A stretch of 64,000 nt of DNA. It comes from Syntrophales bacterium (GTDB lineage: Bacteria; Desulfobacterota; Syntrophia; Syntrophales; UBA2210). A model generated the notes under the pieces. The model was given only the letters and a program-made list of their open reading frames with translations. It was not told the origin of the DNA and made no database searches. A program made the position numbers and the translations under genes. Shown here in pieces: positions 42,726-52,713 of the stretch. The stretch's first letter is position 1, and each line of letters opens with the position of its first letter. Where the stretch lies: assembly GCA_963666365.2 (NCBI GenBank), contig CAXXNF010000002.1, positions 800,001-864,000 on the forward strand. Reading direction: 5' to 3'.

Positions 42726-44207
42726 ATGACCAGGTTTATAAAAATATTTTTCCTCTTCGTCCTTCTTCTCATGTGCTTTCTCATTCACCGCACTACTTCG
42801 GCGCAGGGAAACAAAGATTTCGTCCTCGTCATCAGAATGATGGGCATCCAGGATGCCTGGTTCAGGGAACATCTCATCCCCCCCTTTGAAAAGGCGCACG
42901 GCGTAAATGTCACCGTCGCCTCCTTTGATCGCTTCTGGGACCTGGAAGTGATGCTGACGCTCGACCGTCAAAGGAAGTCGCCGTCGATCGGTCTCGTAAA
43001 GACCCCTCTTGAAATGACTCGTCCCCTGAAACACTTCATGCGCCCCTTCGATGGCATCCTTAGAAAAGACGCCCTTGAGGCCCTGAAGGCAGCCTACGAT
43101 CCTGCGGCGCTCGAAAAAGGCATGATGGACGGAAAGCTCTATTACCTGCCCCGCAAACTGGAAACGCGAATAATGGTCTATGCGACATCGAAAGTAACCG
43201 AAGCGGTTGCAGGGTGGCAACGATTTGAACAGGATATCTCAGATGCCCTGTCGAAAGAAAACGGATTCGGTCTCCCCTCGGACTATACCCTGGAATCGGA
43301 CCCCAACCAGTGGGACTATTTCGATCTATTTGTCGCAGCCTGGTACTGGTCGCGAACACCTTACTATGGAATTACCCTGCCCCGCATGGGCCACAGGGGG
43401 AAAAAATACGGTGGAACGGTGGTCGGTCTTGTCGATCGCATCTTTCAAATGGGAGGCACAGCGGAAGATGTCCTTCAAATGGACTCGCGGCCTGTCGTCG
43501 ACATGTTTCTCTGGGAAGCGCTCTTCAGGAAAAACGGTCTCTACAACCCGGGCATGTGGCAGGATCCCTGGAGCGGTGGCGGCATCTGGAATGCCATGAA
43601 GGACGGAAAAGTATACCTGGCAATGATGCACCAGATCGATTGTTTTTTCATTCACGGAGGCACTCATCCCCAGATGCAGGGATATCTCACCGATCCGGAC
43701 GATATGGGCGTGGCGGTCATGCCCAGGGGCGTTTCCCTTGAGCTTGACAGTAATGGACAGCCGAGCCGCATGGGAAGCAGGAGGGCAGGAACTTCCGGAT
43801 GGTGGTGGGGAATTCCCCAGACCGCACCCGATCCTCACCTTTCCGCTGCGCTGGCACAATGGATTACCGGCCATGAAAACCATCGCGACGAGTGCCGCAT
43901 ATTCGGCATGATGCCGATACGCAGAGACATTACCGCCAACCTGAAGGGTGTGTTTCCCAAGGCCTGGATGGCACGTGTATTCGACACCTCGGTACGCCAG
44001 TTAATGCTGAACGGTGACGCCACGGCCCCTCTGCTTCCCGAATATTCAGAAATCGGCAAAATTTATCTTGCTGCATGGTACGACATCGTCGTGAAAGAAC
44101 ATTACGGATCGGGGGGAAAAATAGACCGAACCTTCATTAAGAAACGACTGGAGGATCGGTACGTTCCGAAAATACGGGCGATCCTCGGTGACCGATATTC
44201 GAAGTAA
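42726..44207 (+). CDS. ABC transporter substrate-binding protein (CUT1-associated, divergent)
   Basis: Signal peptide, DGKLYYLP, GWWWGIP; first gene of the ABC operon. Confidence 0.8.
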   Translation: MTRFIKIFFLFVLLLMCFLIHRTTSAQGNKDFVLVIRMMGIQDAWFREHLIPPFEKAHGVNVTVASFDRFWDLEVMLTLDRQRKSPSIGLVKTPLEMTRPLKHFMRPFDGILRKDALEALKAAYDPAALEKGMMDGKLYYLPRKLETRIMVYATSKVTEAVAGWQRFEQDISDALSKENGFGLPSDYTLESDPNQWDYFDLFVAAWYWSRTPYYGITLPRMGHRGKKYGGTVVGLVDRIFQMGGTAEDVLQMDSRPVVDMFLWEALFRKNGLYNPGMWQDPWSGGGIWNAMKDGKVYLAMMHQIDCFFIHGGTHPQMQGYLTDPDDMGVAVMPRGVSLELDSNGQPSRMGSRRAGTSGWWWGIPQTAPDPHLSAALAQWITGHENHRDECRIFGMMPIRRDITANLKGVFPKAWMARVFDTSVRQLMLNGDATAPLLPEYSEIGKIYLAAWYDIVVKEHYGSGGKIDRTFIKKRLEDRYVPKIRAILGDRYSK

Positions 44208-44211
44208 AGAA

Positions 44212-44239
44212 GTTCTACGTTCTATGTTCTACGTTCTCT
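44212..44239 (+). repeat. 7-bp tandem repeat (GTTCTAY) x4
   Basis: gttctac gttctat gttctac gttctct. Confidence 0.85.
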
Positions 44240-44260
44240 GTGAGACGTTACGGTAACAAC

Positions 44261-44340
44261 AAACCAGACGGACCAAACAGACAAAATAGACCAAATAGAC
44301 CAAATAGACCAAACAGACCAGACAGACCAGACAGACCACC
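44261..44340 (+). repeat. 9-bp tandem repeat (AGACCARAY) x9 abutting the permease start codon
   Basis: aaaccagac ggaccaaac agacaaaat agaccaaat agaccaaat agaccaaac agaccagac agaccagac agaccacc ATG. Confidence 0.92.
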
Positions 44341-45231
44341 ATGCTACAAGGCATCAGAAAAAACGTATTTCCAATTCTCGCACTGCTTCCTGCCGTACTG
44401 TATCTGGTGGGATTTTTATTGATTATCCTCTTCACCGTCACCAAGTACGCCCTCAGCCTTCCAGGACCGGAGGGAACCGGTTTCCCCACGGCGTCAAATT
44501 TCATAACGCTTGCCGGCAATACTGAATTTACATCCGCCCTTCTCAGAACGGTCCTGTTCACGCTGGTGGGTACACCGCTTGAACTCTTTATCGGCATGGC
44601 GGCGGCTTTTCTCGTGGTTGAGAAATTCAAGGGTATAGGACTCGTCAGAAGTATTTTTGTGCTTCCCCTGGCCATTCCCGCCATCGTAACGGCGATCATT
44701 CTTTACATACTCTTCGACTTTCCCGGAGGGCACATTAACGATATTCTCACGGGAAGGTATGCTTTTTTTCCCTTCTCGCTGCTGTCATCCCCCGTCGACT
44801 GGCGCGGCTCGGGATTTTTCGCCCTCGCCGTGTCACTCTTCGGCAAGGTATGGCGCGACATGCCCATCTCCATGCTGATCATTCTTGCAGGGTTGCAGTC
44901 GATCGACAAAGATCAGCGGGAAGCAGCGGCAACACTGGGCGCATCATCTTTCCAGACATTCATGAAAATTACACTCCCTCTTCTGACACCCGCCATTGCC
45001 ACGGTGCTGGTGCTGCGGTCAATCGAACTCTGGAAGGAATTCATTTTCCCCTTCATTCTGGCGGGCAGCTACCCCCTTCTCTCCACCCTGATCGAACGGG
45101 CCTATCATGAATGGCGGAACCCCCATGAAGCATCGGCAATCGCCCTCGTCCTGCTTGCACTGATTGTGTGTTCAACGATCCTTATTTACTGTATGCTGGC
45201 CTGGCTTAAAAAGCGCCTTGTGCGGGTATAA
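44341..45231 (+). CDS. CUT1 ABC transporter permease (MalF-like)
   Basis: Six TM; EAA loop REAAATLGAS..F..ITLPLL. Confidence 0.9.
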   Translation: MLQGIRKNVFPILALLPAVLYLVGFLLIILFTVTKYALSLPGPEGTGFPTASNFITLAGNTEFTSALLRTVLFTLVGTPLELFIGMAAAFLVVEKFKGIGLVRSIFVLPLAIPAIVTAIILYILFDFPGGHINDILTGRYAFFPFSLLSSPVDWRGSGFFALAVSLFGKVWRDMPISMLIILAGLQSIDKDQREAAATLGASSFQTFMKITLPLLTPAIATVLVLRSIELWKEFIFPFILAGSYPLLSTLIERAYHEWRNPHEASAIALVLLALIVCSTILIYCMLAWLKKRLVRV

Positions 45232-45234
45232 GAT

Positions 45235-46065
45235 ATGAAGCGTTTCAGAAACACAAGATTCATATGGCTGATCGGTACAGTGATGATGCTGTTTCTTGTC
45301 ACGGCGCCGCTTTTTATAATGGTCAAATACTCCATCAGCGACCGTGCGAGCGTCGTCACCGGAGGGGCGGTTATCCCTCTGTGGCCCTACCATCCGACGC
45401 TGGAACAATTCAAGGGCCTTGTCACTATGGATCGGTTTGTCCGATCCGCCCTTGCCAGCCTGGAAATTGCCCTCCTGGCGGTTGCGATTTCGCTTATGAT
45501 CGGCACTCCCGCCGCCTATGCCCTGGTTCGTTACCGGGTTCCCGGAATAATGGTGCTGGCAACTTTCCTTATTTCTGTTAGATTTTTTCCTGATATCGTA
45601 TCTGTCGTTCCCATTACGGAAACGTTTTTAAAGGCAGGGGTTATAAACACCGCCATCGGTGTGGCGCTCGCTCATTCACTGCTTTCAATTCCCTATGTGA
45701 TATTCATCGCCATGGGGGTTTTCGAAACGATACCCCGTGATCTTGATGAGCAGGCCCAGGTGCTGGGCGCCGGGAAACTCTACAGTTTCGTACATATTAT
45801 CCTTCCCGTTGCCCTTCCGGGACTGGCAGCGGCAGCCATTTATGTATTCCTTCTTTCCTGGGATGAATTTATTTTTGCCTATTTTCTTCTTGTCTTCGGC
45901 GATCTTTCCACATTGCCCGTACTTCTCAGAAAAATTCTCTCCTGGACGCCACAGCACAATCTCCTGGCCGCCATTTCGGTGCTCCTGTCCCTCCCTGTAA
46001 TCATATTTACCTTTGTCGTACAGAAGTATATGCGAACCGGCGCTGCCTCCGGCGCCATAAAGTGA
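45235..46065 (+). CDS. CUT1 ABC transporter permease (MalG-like)
   Basis: PAAYAL, IPRDLDEQAQVLGA, SWDEF. Confidence 0.9.
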   Translation: MKRFRNTRFIWLIGTVMMLFLVTAPLFIMVKYSISDRASVVTGGAVIPLWPYHPTLEQFKGLVTMDRFVRSALASLEIALLAVAISLMIGTPAAYALVRYRVPGIMVLATFLISVRFFPDIVSVVPITETFLKAGVINTAIGVALAHSLLSIPYVIFIAMGVFETIPRDLDEQAQVLGAGKLYSFVHIILPVALPGLAAAAIYVFLLSWDEFIFAYFLLVFGDLSTLPVLLRKILSWTPQHNLLAAISVLLSLPVIIFTFVVQKYMRTGAASGAIK

Positions 46066-46075
46066 GATACATTCC

Positions 46076-47179
46076 ATGGCTGAGGTTATATTTTCCCGCA
46101 TAGCGAAGCGTTTCGGAAAGAACGAAGTGGTGCATGATTTCACCCTTACCGTCCACAACGGCGAATTTCTTACGCTGGTCGGTCCCTCGGGATGCGGTAA
46201 GACGACCACTCTCCGCATGCTGGCAGGACTTGAAGAAATAACGGACGGCGATATCTTTATCGACGGCATACGGGCAAATCACATCCCGCCGCAAAAGAGG
46301 GACATCGCCATGGTCTTTCAAAGCTACGCCCTCTTTCCGCATATGACCGTGGCGGAAAACATCGCTTTCGGACTCAAGCTCAAAGGGACTCCCCACGGCG
46401 CAGTTGTCGAAAAAATAGCGTGGGCATTGAAACTTCTCACGCTTCAGGGGCTTGACGGACGTCTCCCCCGGGATTTAAGCGGCGGTCAGCGTCAGCGGGT
46501 TGCGCTGGCTCGGGCGCTTGTGCTGACACCCAAGGTGCTCCTTCTCGACGAACCACTCAGCAATCTCGATGCGAAGCTGCGGCTGCGCATGCGGGCCGAA
46601 CTAAAGCGCATTCACCGCGATCTCCACTCGACGATTCTCTATGTCACCCACGACCAGATAGAAGCCATGAGCCTCAGCGACCGTGTCGCCGTCATGCATG
46701 AGGGATCGCTAGTCCAGGTCGGCACACCGATGGATGTCTACAGTGCGCCGGAGAACATCTTCGTTGCGGGCTTTATCGGAAGCCCCGCCATCAATCTCCT
46801 GCCTGCGCGCCTTACTACAAGGGGAACGGAGATTTTTATTGCACTTGAGTCCTGCCGTCTTGGAATTCCTGCACGATTCCACCGCGCCTGCCGACCGTAC
46901 CTGGAGCACGACATTATATTCGGCATTCGGCCGGAACATATTTACGACATGCGATTCTCGCAACAGGTAACGCATGAGGCTACGGCCGAAATCACGGTCG
47001 ACGTGGTGGAACCTCTTGGCGACCGCGATATTCTTGAAGTTACCATGGCAGGCATTCCACTTACCATGGTATCGGACGTCACGGGATCGGCATATTCAAC
47101 GATGAAACTTACTGTTTCCTTTGATATGGAAAAGGCGCACATATTTGACAAAAAGTCGGAGAAAAATATACTCATCTAA
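46076..47179 (+). CDS. ABC ATP-binding protein (MalK/UgpC family)
   Basis: GPSGCGKTT, VFQSYALFPHMTV, LSGGQRQR, DEPLSNLDA, YVTHDQ, C-terminal TOBE region. Confidence 0.95.
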   Translation: MAEVIFSRIAKRFGKNEVVHDFTLTVHNGEFLTLVGPSGCGKTTTLRMLAGLEEITDGDIFIDGIRANHIPPQKRDIAMVFQSYALFPHMTVAENIAFGLKLKGTPHGAVVEKIAWALKLLTLQGLDGRLPRDLSGGQRQRVALARALVLTPKVLLLDEPLSNLDAKLRLRMRAELKRIHRDLHSTILYVTHDQIEAMSLSDRVAVMHEGSLVQVGTPMDVYSAPENIFVAGFIGSPAINLLPARLTTRGTEIFIALESCRLGIPARFHRACRPYLEHDIIFGIRPEHIYDMRFSQQVTHEATAEITVDVVEPLGDRDILEVTMAGIPLTMVSDVTGSAYSTMKLTVSFDMEKAHIFDKKSEKNILI

Positions 47180-47195
47180 CGGAGGAGGAACTTCA

Positions 47196-48347
47196 ATGGT
47201 CAGACAATTCAATACTACGCCAAGAATCGTGATGGGCCCGGGCGCCGTCCACTCGCTGGGACAGGAGGTGAAGAACCGCGGCGTGAAAAAAGTGCTTGTT
47301 GTCGCAGGGAAAGGTGTTATCGGCGCGGGACTGGCAGACCCTGTCGAGGCATCGCTGAAAACCGCCCGAGTCAAATATGCCCTGTTCGATCGGGTGGAAC
47401 CGGATCCCCAGTACGAAATTATTGCCGACTGCGTCGATATGATCAAAAATGAAAAGGCATCACTGGTGATCGGCCTCGGGGGAGGAAGCGCCATGGATAT
47501 CGCGAAGGCTTCGGCTGTCATGGCCGAAAACAGCGGCTCCATTGAGGAATATTTCGGCGTCAACCTGGTCCCCTGTCCGGGGCTTCCCACTATTATGATC
47601 CCCACGACCTCAGGATCGGGGAGCGAGGTAACCCCCATTGCCATTCTGTCCGATGAAGAGGAAAAACTTAAAAAAGGGATCGTCAGTCCCTATCTGTTCC
47701 CCTCAGCAGGGATTCTCGACCCCGAAATGACGCTGGGACTTCCGCCCCACGTTACAGCCGCCACCGGCATGGACGCACTGATTCACGCCATAGAGGCCTA
47801 TACCTCGGTCAATGCAACCGGCATGACGGACATGTTCTGCGAACGTGCAATCAAGCTCATCTATCGCAATCTTCGATCCGCCTATGCGAGAGGAGACAAT
47901 CTTTCCGCGCGGGAAGCAATGATGGAAGGCGCACTGCTTGCTGGAATCGGTTTTGCGAATGCCGGCGTGACGGCGGTCCACGCCTTTGCCTATCCGATCG
48001 GCGCGGAGTTTCATATCCCTCATGGTGTGGCCAATACACTGATGCTCCCCCATGTACTCCGTTTCAATGTGCAGGGTAATCTGCCGAAGTTCGCCGCGCT
48101 TGCAGGACCTTTCGGCATCCCCGCCAGCGGTCTCGACGATATAGAAACAGTGGATCGGATAATTGCGGCGATTGACCGCCTTGCCGGCGACATTCGCGTG
48201 CCCCGCAGTCTTTCCGAATTCGGGGTCACCCGTGAGCATATCCAGGTACTCGCCATGGGAGTGCTCAAGGTAACGCGCCTGCTCGCGAACAATCCCCGGA
48301 CCCTCACGCTGGAAGATGCAAAGGCAATTTATGAATCGGCGTTATAG
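47196..48347 (+). CDS. Iron-containing (group III) alcohol dehydrogenase
   Basis: GGGSAMD, PTTSGSGSE, metal ligands DALIH, VH, HG; start MVRQF after GGAGG. Confidence 0.93.
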   Translation: MVRQFNTTPRIVMGPGAVHSLGQEVKNRGVKKVLVVAGKGVIGAGLADPVEASLKTARVKYALFDRVEPDPQYEIIADCVDMIKNEKASLVIGLGGGSAMDIAKASAVMAENSGSIEEYFGVNLVPCPGLPTIMIPTTSGSGSEVTPIAILSDEEEKLKKGIVSPYLFPSAGILDPEMTLGLPPHVTAATGMDALIHAIEAYTSVNATGMTDMFCERAIKLIYRNLRSAYARGDNLSAREAMMEGALLAGIGFANAGVTAVHAFAYPIGAEFHIPHGVANTLMLPHVLRFNVQGNLPKFAALAGPFGIPASGLDDIETVDRIIAAIDRLAGDIRVPRSLSEFGVTREHIQVLAMGVLKVTRLLANNPRTLTLEDAKAIYESAL

Positions 48348-48434
48348 CACAAGGGTATTGATATCTCGCAAGAAAGGTGTGGCGGGACGAGCGGCAAAAT
48401 TGGCTTCACCAATCCATCGCAAGGAGACCATCTT

Positions 48435-49739
48435 ATGGACAATAAATCATTAGACAGACTTCGCGCGGATGTTCTGGCCAAATCCTTCATCGGCGGCAAA
48501 CCATCATTTGTTGCCGCTGGGAAAGGTGCGACACTGACTGATGTGGAAGGAAGGAAATATATCGATTTTTCAGGCGGGATCGCCGTCATGAACGTCGGCC
48601 ATTCACACCCGAAAGTCGTAGCGGCCATTAAGGATCAGGCCGAAAAATTTACCCACACCTGTTTCATGGTACTCCCCTACGAACCGGCGGTCCGGCTTGC
48701 ACAACGTTTGTGCGTCCTCACTCCCGGTTCTTTTGCAAAACGGGTCTTTTTTGCGAATTGCGGCGCTGAAGCAGTGGAAAATGCCGTAAAGATCGCCAGA
48801 TACTATACCAAAAAGACCGGAATCATCGTCTTTGACCATGCCTTTCACGGCAGAACGCTTTTGACCATGACCATGACAGGAAAAGCGAAACCCTACAAAC
48901 TGGGATTCGGTCCCTTCGCACCGGAAGTATACCGCATGCCCTATGCCTACTGCTACCGCTGCCCATTCGGACTTTCCTACCCTGCATGCAACGTAACCTG
49001 CGCCGACTACCTCCATGAAATTTTCCTTCAAAGCGCACCGGAAACAACGGCAGCGGTGGTTGCCGAACCGGTGCTGGGTGAAGGCGGATTTGTCTGTCCC
49101 CCGCCCGAATATTTTCCCAAGCTCGTAGAGATCTGCCGTGACAATGACATACTCTTCGTGGCCGACGAGATTCAAACGGGTATGGGAAGAACGGGAGACA
49201 AAATGTTCGCCATGGCGCACTGGGGTGTTGAGCCCGACATTATGACCATCGCAAAAAGCCTTGCTGCAGGGATGCCCCTCAGCGCCGTTGTGGGGCGTGC
49301 AGAAATCATGAATTCCGTTCATCCCGGCGGTCTCGGCGGCACTTACGGCGCCAACGCCGTATCATGCGCGGCGGCACACGCCGTTCTGGACATTTTTGAA
49401 GAAGAAAAACTCCTCGAAAAGAGCGAGGCGCTGGGGAACAAACTGTGGGCCTCCTTTCAGGCCTTACAAAGCAAGTACGAAACAATCGGCGATGTACGGG
49501 GCAAGGGACCGATGATCGCCATGGAGCTGGTGAAAGACCGGCACAGGAAGCAACCCGCAGCGGATACAGCCGCAGCGGTTGTATCCTACTCCTATGAGCG
49601 GGGCCTGATACTGCTTTCGTGCGGCCCTTACGGCAATGTGATTCGTTGTCTCGCACCGCTCGTTATCACTGACAGTGAGCTTGACAAGGGACTCGCCATA
49701 CTCGATGATGCCTTTGCATCGCAGGAAAAGTGGCGCTGA
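48435..49739 (+). CDS. gabT: 4-aminobutyrate aminotransferase-like class III PLP aminotransferase
   Basis: DFSGGIAV.NVGHSHP, GAEAVENAVKIAR, FHGRT, EPVLGEGGF, ADEIQTG, AKSLA, GGTY. Confidence 0.85.
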   Translation: MDNKSLDRLRADVLAKSFIGGKPSFVAAGKGATLTDVEGRKYIDFSGGIAVMNVGHSHPKVVAAIKDQAEKFTHTCFMVLPYEPAVRLAQRLCVLTPGSFAKRVFFANCGAEAVENAVKIARYYTKKTGIIVFDHAFHGRTLLTMTMTGKAKPYKLGFGPFAPEVYRMPYAYCYRCPFGLSYPACNVTCADYLHEIFLQSAPETTAAVVAEPVLGEGGFVCPPPEYFPKLVEICRDNDILFVADEIQTGMGRTGDKMFAMAHWGVEPDIMTIAKSLAAGMPLSAVVGRAEIMNSVHPGGLGGTYGANAVSCAAAHAVLDIFEEEKLLEKSEALGNKLWASFQALQSKYETIGDVRGKGPMIAMELVKDRHRKQPAADTAAAVVSYSYERGLILLSCGPYGNVIRCLAPLVITDSELDKGLAILDDAFASQEKWR

Positions 49740-49765
49740 TCATCACCCGCCTTGTTCTTATGCCC

Positions 49766-51043
49766 CTATTCGGCCAAACCGCTCCATCGAGCCAGAAAAA
49801 GCGCATATACTTTCGCCGTATGGAGTATGCTCTCTATATTGACACGTTCGTTGGATGCATGAATGCTCTCCGCTACCGGCCCAAAGCATGTTGCCTGACC
49901 ATGGCCGAAGTGCACGAAGGTCCGCAGATCGGTGGTGCTTGTGCAAATATATTCCTCGGCATCAACATTCGTTAATAATTTATGGCATAAACTCAGCACG
50001 TCGAAGGCAGGAAGACTCCGGGGCACGCTGTGTCCGTCAGACCGAAAGGCATAAAATTCAATTTTGGGAGGATTGTCGCAAAGCCAGGGATCGGCGGCGG
50101 CCGCCTCTTCCAGCGCGCCGGTGATCGACCGGCATACGTTTTCATAGGTATCTCCCGGGAAATAAGCCATCCTTCCGTGCAGTTCCACCTCGGCAGGCAC
50201 GGTAGATGGCCAGTCGCCGCCTTTAATTATTCCTATATTTAAATTCAGAGGATGGTCTATCTCGCGATAAGCATCAGGAATATCTCTCCTATTCGCCTCG
50301 GATTCGAATTTCCGCAATGCATTGATGAGAGAATAACTCTTTTCAATCGCATTGGTTCCGGCCTGCGCCGAAAGGACATGGACCGGTTTTCCCATAATCG
50401 TCACCTTGAACCAGAGCACACCTACTTGACTGGTCAGAATTGTCGGTCCGAGGGGTTCAGGAATCAGCACCGCCTCTGCATCGTAGCCTGAGTGCAGGCA
50501 GGCGAGCGCCCCGTTTCCCGTGCACTCTTCTTCAATAACCGCCTCGATCGTCACTGGTGCGTTAAACCCGAATCCCGCTTTCTTTATCGCATAGACCGCA
50601 TATGTCATAGCCGCCACACCCGATTTCATATCGCCCGCCCCTCTTCCATAGAGCCAGCCATCCCGGACATAGGGATAAAAAGGATCACATTCCCATAAAC
50701 TGAGCGGCTCGGGGCTCACCACATCCAAATGCCCGTTGAAGAGCGCGCTTTTACCGTCCGTCCCGGAGGCTTTCTCAACCGCCACGATATTGTACCGATC
50801 TTTGTAATCCCAAGGCACCTTCGCAAATCCCGGATGATTTTTCAATGCAGCAGGATCGATCGGGACGGTCTGAGGAGAAAATCCGAGTCTGGACAACTCC
50901 TCTTCCATCAGCGTAAGAACCGACATCTCATTGGCGAGCGTACTCGGCTCGGCTACCAAACGACCGGTAAAATCAACAATGTCATCGGCAAGCTTGTCCA
51001 CTACATTCGAAATATGTCTTTCTTTCACACTTAGTTCCGTCAT
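49766..51043 (-). CDS. ArgE/DapE-family (M20) deacylase
   Basis: NGHLDVV, GRGAGDMKSG, EEECTGNG, IHASNE; start MTELS. Confidence 0.9.
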   Translation of the reverse strand: MTELSVKERHISNVVDKLADDIVDFTGRLVAEPSTLANEMSVLTLMEEELSRLGFSPQTVPIDPAALKNHPGFAKVPWDYKDRYNIVAVEKASGTDGKSALFNGHLDVVSPEPLSLWECDPFYPYVRDGWLYGRGAGDMKSGVAAMTYAVYAIKKAGFGFNAPVTIEAVIEEECTGNGALACLHSGYDAEAVLIPEPLGPTILTSQVGVLWFKVTIMGKPVHVLSAQAGTNAIEKSYSLINALRKFESEANRRDIPDAYREIDHPLNLNIGIIKGGDWPSTVPAEVELHGRMAYFPGDTYENVCRSITGALEEAAAADPWLCDNPPKIEFYAFRSDGHSVPRSLPAFDVLSLCHKLLTNVDAEEYICTSTTDLRTFVHFGHGQATCFGPVAESIHASNERVNIESILHTAKVYALFLARWSGLAE

Positions 51044-51089
51044 TATCCCCCCCCTTATATCCAATCTGTTTTGAGTTTATTGTGTTCGT

Positions 51090-52412
51090 CTACCCCCTGA
51101 CGGCGAGATTGACGATAGCAAACGCATCGATTACATAGAGCATCCAGTGAATATCCCTTGCCTTTCCTGAAAGCAACTTCATGGCGGTATAGGCCAGAAA
51201 GCTCCATATTACCCCCTGGGTAATGCTGAATGTCAACGGTACGAGCACCAGGGCAAGAAAGGCCGGGATCGCTTCTTCGTACTCATCCCATCTTATCCGC
51301 ATGAGCGGCTGCGTCATGTAAATGCCTACAAGTACCAGCACAGGCGCTGTCGCCACGGAGGGGACAAACGACAGGAGAGGGGAACAAAACATAAAGGGAA
51401 TAAACAGAATCCCGGCGGTTATGGCGGTAAGTCCCGTTCTTCCTCCTTCTCTGATTCCCGCCGCCGATTCCACGAACACATTTCCCGATGAGGTGCCGAA
51501 CAATCCTGAAATGACGGTAGACCCCGCATCGACCAGCAGCGCCTTATCGATATTAAGGGGGATTCCATCCTTATCGACAAGGCCGGAGACCTCGGCAACG
51601 CCTACAAACGTCCCGACAGAATCGAAAAGATCGACAAAGAAAATGGAAAAGACCGGAACAATCATCCCCAAAGAGCAGGCACCAATAATATCGAGTTTAA
51701 GGACGACCTCGAATGACGGAAGTGCGAACAGGGTATGGGGAAAGGTGACAATCGGCTTCGAAAGGATCCCGAAGGCCATTCCCGCGTGTGAGACAATCAA
51801 TGCCATCAACGAAACACTTACAATCCCGATTGTCAGCGCGCCACGGATCCCTTTGATGGAAAGAACAGCCGTAAGAACAAAGCCGAACGAAAAAAGGAGC
51901 ACCGTAACACTGATTCCTCCAAAGCCAAGCAGCGTATGAGATGCGGGAACAACGAAGTCAACACTACTCAAACCGATAAGCGCCAAGAAGATACCTATGC
52001 CCGCCGCAAGTCCGTAGCGCAACGGAGGTGGTATTGCCTTGACAATTTGGGTTCGTATACCGGTCAAACTGAGAATGACGAAAAAGATGCCTGAGATGAA
52101 CACCGCACCCAGTGCGGTTTCCCAGGAAATCTTCATGGATAAAACAATGCCAAAGGTAAAAAACGCATTTATGCCCATACCGGGGGCGACTGCATAGGGA
52201 AGATTCGCAAAAAGTCCCATGGCAATCGAACTTATGGCACACACAAGAATTGTGGCAAAAAGGACGCCGGAGAAAGACATTCCGGCATTCGTGAGAATCT
52301 GTGGATTCACAACTACGATATAGGCCATCGTCAGGAACGTTGCCACGCCCGCCAGTAGTTCTGTCTTTACGTTCGTATTATGCTCGGTAAGATGAAAAAA
52401 TCGGTTCAGCAT
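51090..52412 (-). CDS. NCS2 (AzgA-like) nucleobase permease
   Basis: TFLTMAYIVVVNP, APGMGINAFF, DLFDSVGT, ESAAGIREGGRTGL; start MLNRFF. Confidence 0.92.
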   Translation of the reverse strand: MLNRFFHLTEHNTNVKTELLAGVATFLTMAYIVVVNPQILTNAGMSFSGVLFATILVCAISSIAMGLFANLPYAVAPGMGINAFFTFGIVLSMKISWETALGAVFISGIFFVILSLTGIRTQIVKAIPPPLRYGLAAGIGIFLALIGLSSVDFVVPASHTLLGFGGISVTVLLFSFGFVLTAVLSIKGIRGALTIGIVSVSLMALIVSHAGMAFGILSKPIVTFPHTLFALPSFEVVLKLDIIGACSLGMIVPVFSIFFVDLFDSVGTFVGVAEVSGLVDKDGIPLNIDKALLVDAGSTVISGLFGTSSGNVFVESAAGIREGGRTGLTAITAGILFIPFMFCSPLLSFVPSVATAPVLVLVGIYMTQPLMRIRWDEYEEAIPAFLALVLVPLTFSITQGVIWSFLAYTAMKLLSGKARDIHWMLYVIDAFAIVNLAVRG

Positions 52413-52433
52413 GACGAATAAGGTCCTTTCCTC

Positions 52434-52564
52434 GAGACCATTGCACAACCTCATAAAATCATCAATTTCGTCATACCAGCGAATGCCGGTATCCAGTTTT
52501 TTCATGCACTTTCTGGATTTCGGGTCAAGCCCAGAATAGCAGAAAAGGGAATTATGCAGGTCTC
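52434..52564. mobile_element. REP/MITE-like palindromic element
   Basis: Imperfect terminal inverted repeats GAGACCATTGCACAA / TTATGCAGGTCTC enclosing CGTCATACCAGCGAATGCCGGTATCCAG...CTGGATTTCGGGTCAAGCCCAGAATAGC. Confidence 0.65.
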
Positions 52565-52713
52565 TCTCCCGGCCGTGTCCCTCCTTTTACATCGGAAATC
52601 TTTGAAAAATCCCTTTGGACTTCCATATCGTCTTTTTTATACTCCCTTTAAAAGACTTGGGGAAGTTCAAATCCAGCATGTTTGTAATTATCTTCTTTTC
52701 AATTTAATGTGCG

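Noticed and set aside
44261..44340. Possible CRISPR array
   Set aside because: Contiguous 9-bp units without spacers; no cas genes in the window.
44229..44699. Repeat-encoded ORFs (NRP repeats on plus, CLV/YLV repeats on minus)
   Set aside because: Translations of the 9-bp tandem repeat overlapping the permease; no RBS or family resemblance.
52413..52505. Long N-terminus of the NCS2 permease in the ORF track
   Set aside because: Derived from the REP/MITE-like element; family similarity starts at MLNRFF.
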